Under the pieces are notes generated by a model that saw only the letters and a program-made list of their open reading frames with translations, did not search any database and was not told the origin of the DNA. From positions 1 through 24,535 of the IMG/VR virus record IMGVR_UViG_3300020043_002110: a DNA stretch of 24,535 nt; one strand, given 5' to 3'. Position 1 is the first letter of the stretch, and each line of letters begins with the position of its first letter. Positions 24,305 to 24,535 of this stretch are shown piece after piece. The DNA is from a virus. Lineage: Duplodnaviria; Caudoviricetes. Both the position numbers and the translations under genes were made by a program.

Positions 24305-24535
24305 AGGTATCGTATTCCAGTTTGGTCGTACACGGAACCATTGTCGCCGTTGTTCCGCGTCGCGGTCATAAATTCACCAATCGCCATCGCCAGTGCGACG
24401 ACGCCGTCAATCTTGTCGCCCGATTTATTCTTGACGAACTTGACGTTCATCGCCTCATCAAGTTTGGTTTGAACGTTCGAAACCATCCAACGAAGCATTG
24501 AATTGCCGCCGTGGTGTAGTTTCTTTTTCTTTACC
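24301..24535 (-). CDS. terL: terminase large subunit, C-terminal fragment (partial, runs off the window)
   Basis: LHHGGNSMLRWMVSNV...NVKFVKNKSGDKIDGVVALAMAI is the Terminase_1 nuclease C-terminus. Confidence 0.93.
   Translation of the reverse strand, partial: VKKKKLHHGGNSMLRWMVSNVQTKLDEAMNVKFVKNKSGDKIDGVVALAMAIGEFMTATRNNGDNGSVYDQTGIRYL

Noticed and set aside
1-24535. Stop-codon reassignment (TAG to Gln, as in some Bacteroidota phages)
   Set aside because: Core genes translate at full length in the standard bacterial code; TAG is simply rare.
1-24535. tRNA, rRNA, CRISPR array, integrase or repressor
   Set aside because: No cloverleaf, repeat-spacer array or recombinase/CI motifs were recognised by eye; intergenic space is small and mostly accounted for.

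Overview
Most of the genome of a small HK97-type siphophage, with essentially all genes on the minus strand. Read right to left: terminase large subunit C-terminus, DUF1599/Nmad1-like gene, portal, multi-domain prohead protease, major capsid protein, neck and tail genes with a G/GT -1 frameshift, tape measure, an 847-aa tail-tip protein, a tail fibre module, a lysis cassette (holin-like genes, amidase, u-spanin), a regulatory or origin-like region (~7740-8420), a replication/recombination operon (SSB, DnaA-C-like HTH, RecE-like exonuclease, VRR-NUC, PD-(D/E)XK homing-type endonuclease, Prim-Pol/AAA helicase), small hypothetical genes and an HNH endonuclease. TTG-N19/20-TAnnTTTG promoters and A-rich leaders without Shine-Dalgarno sequences point to a Bacteroidota host (inference). 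No integrase or repressor was seen. Most unusual signals: (1) a shared Trp-heptad peptide (WELxxxNWExIxRxWEQ) on the head-closure protein and on an unlisted 54-aa ORF overlapping the fibre start, with a related insert in the tail-tip protein; (2) two copies of a ~130-bp AT-rich palindromic element with a compensatory indel; (3) strong AG/CT dinucleotide depletion that lifts in the fibre module and capsid gene; (4) a prohead protease fused to HAD-like and Tudor-like domains; (5) DnaA boxes next to the operon encoding a DnaA-domain-IV-like protein. Bases 1-81 are an inverted copy of 5972-6052, probably a chimeric contig end. Family assignments are from motif recognition only; no searches were run.
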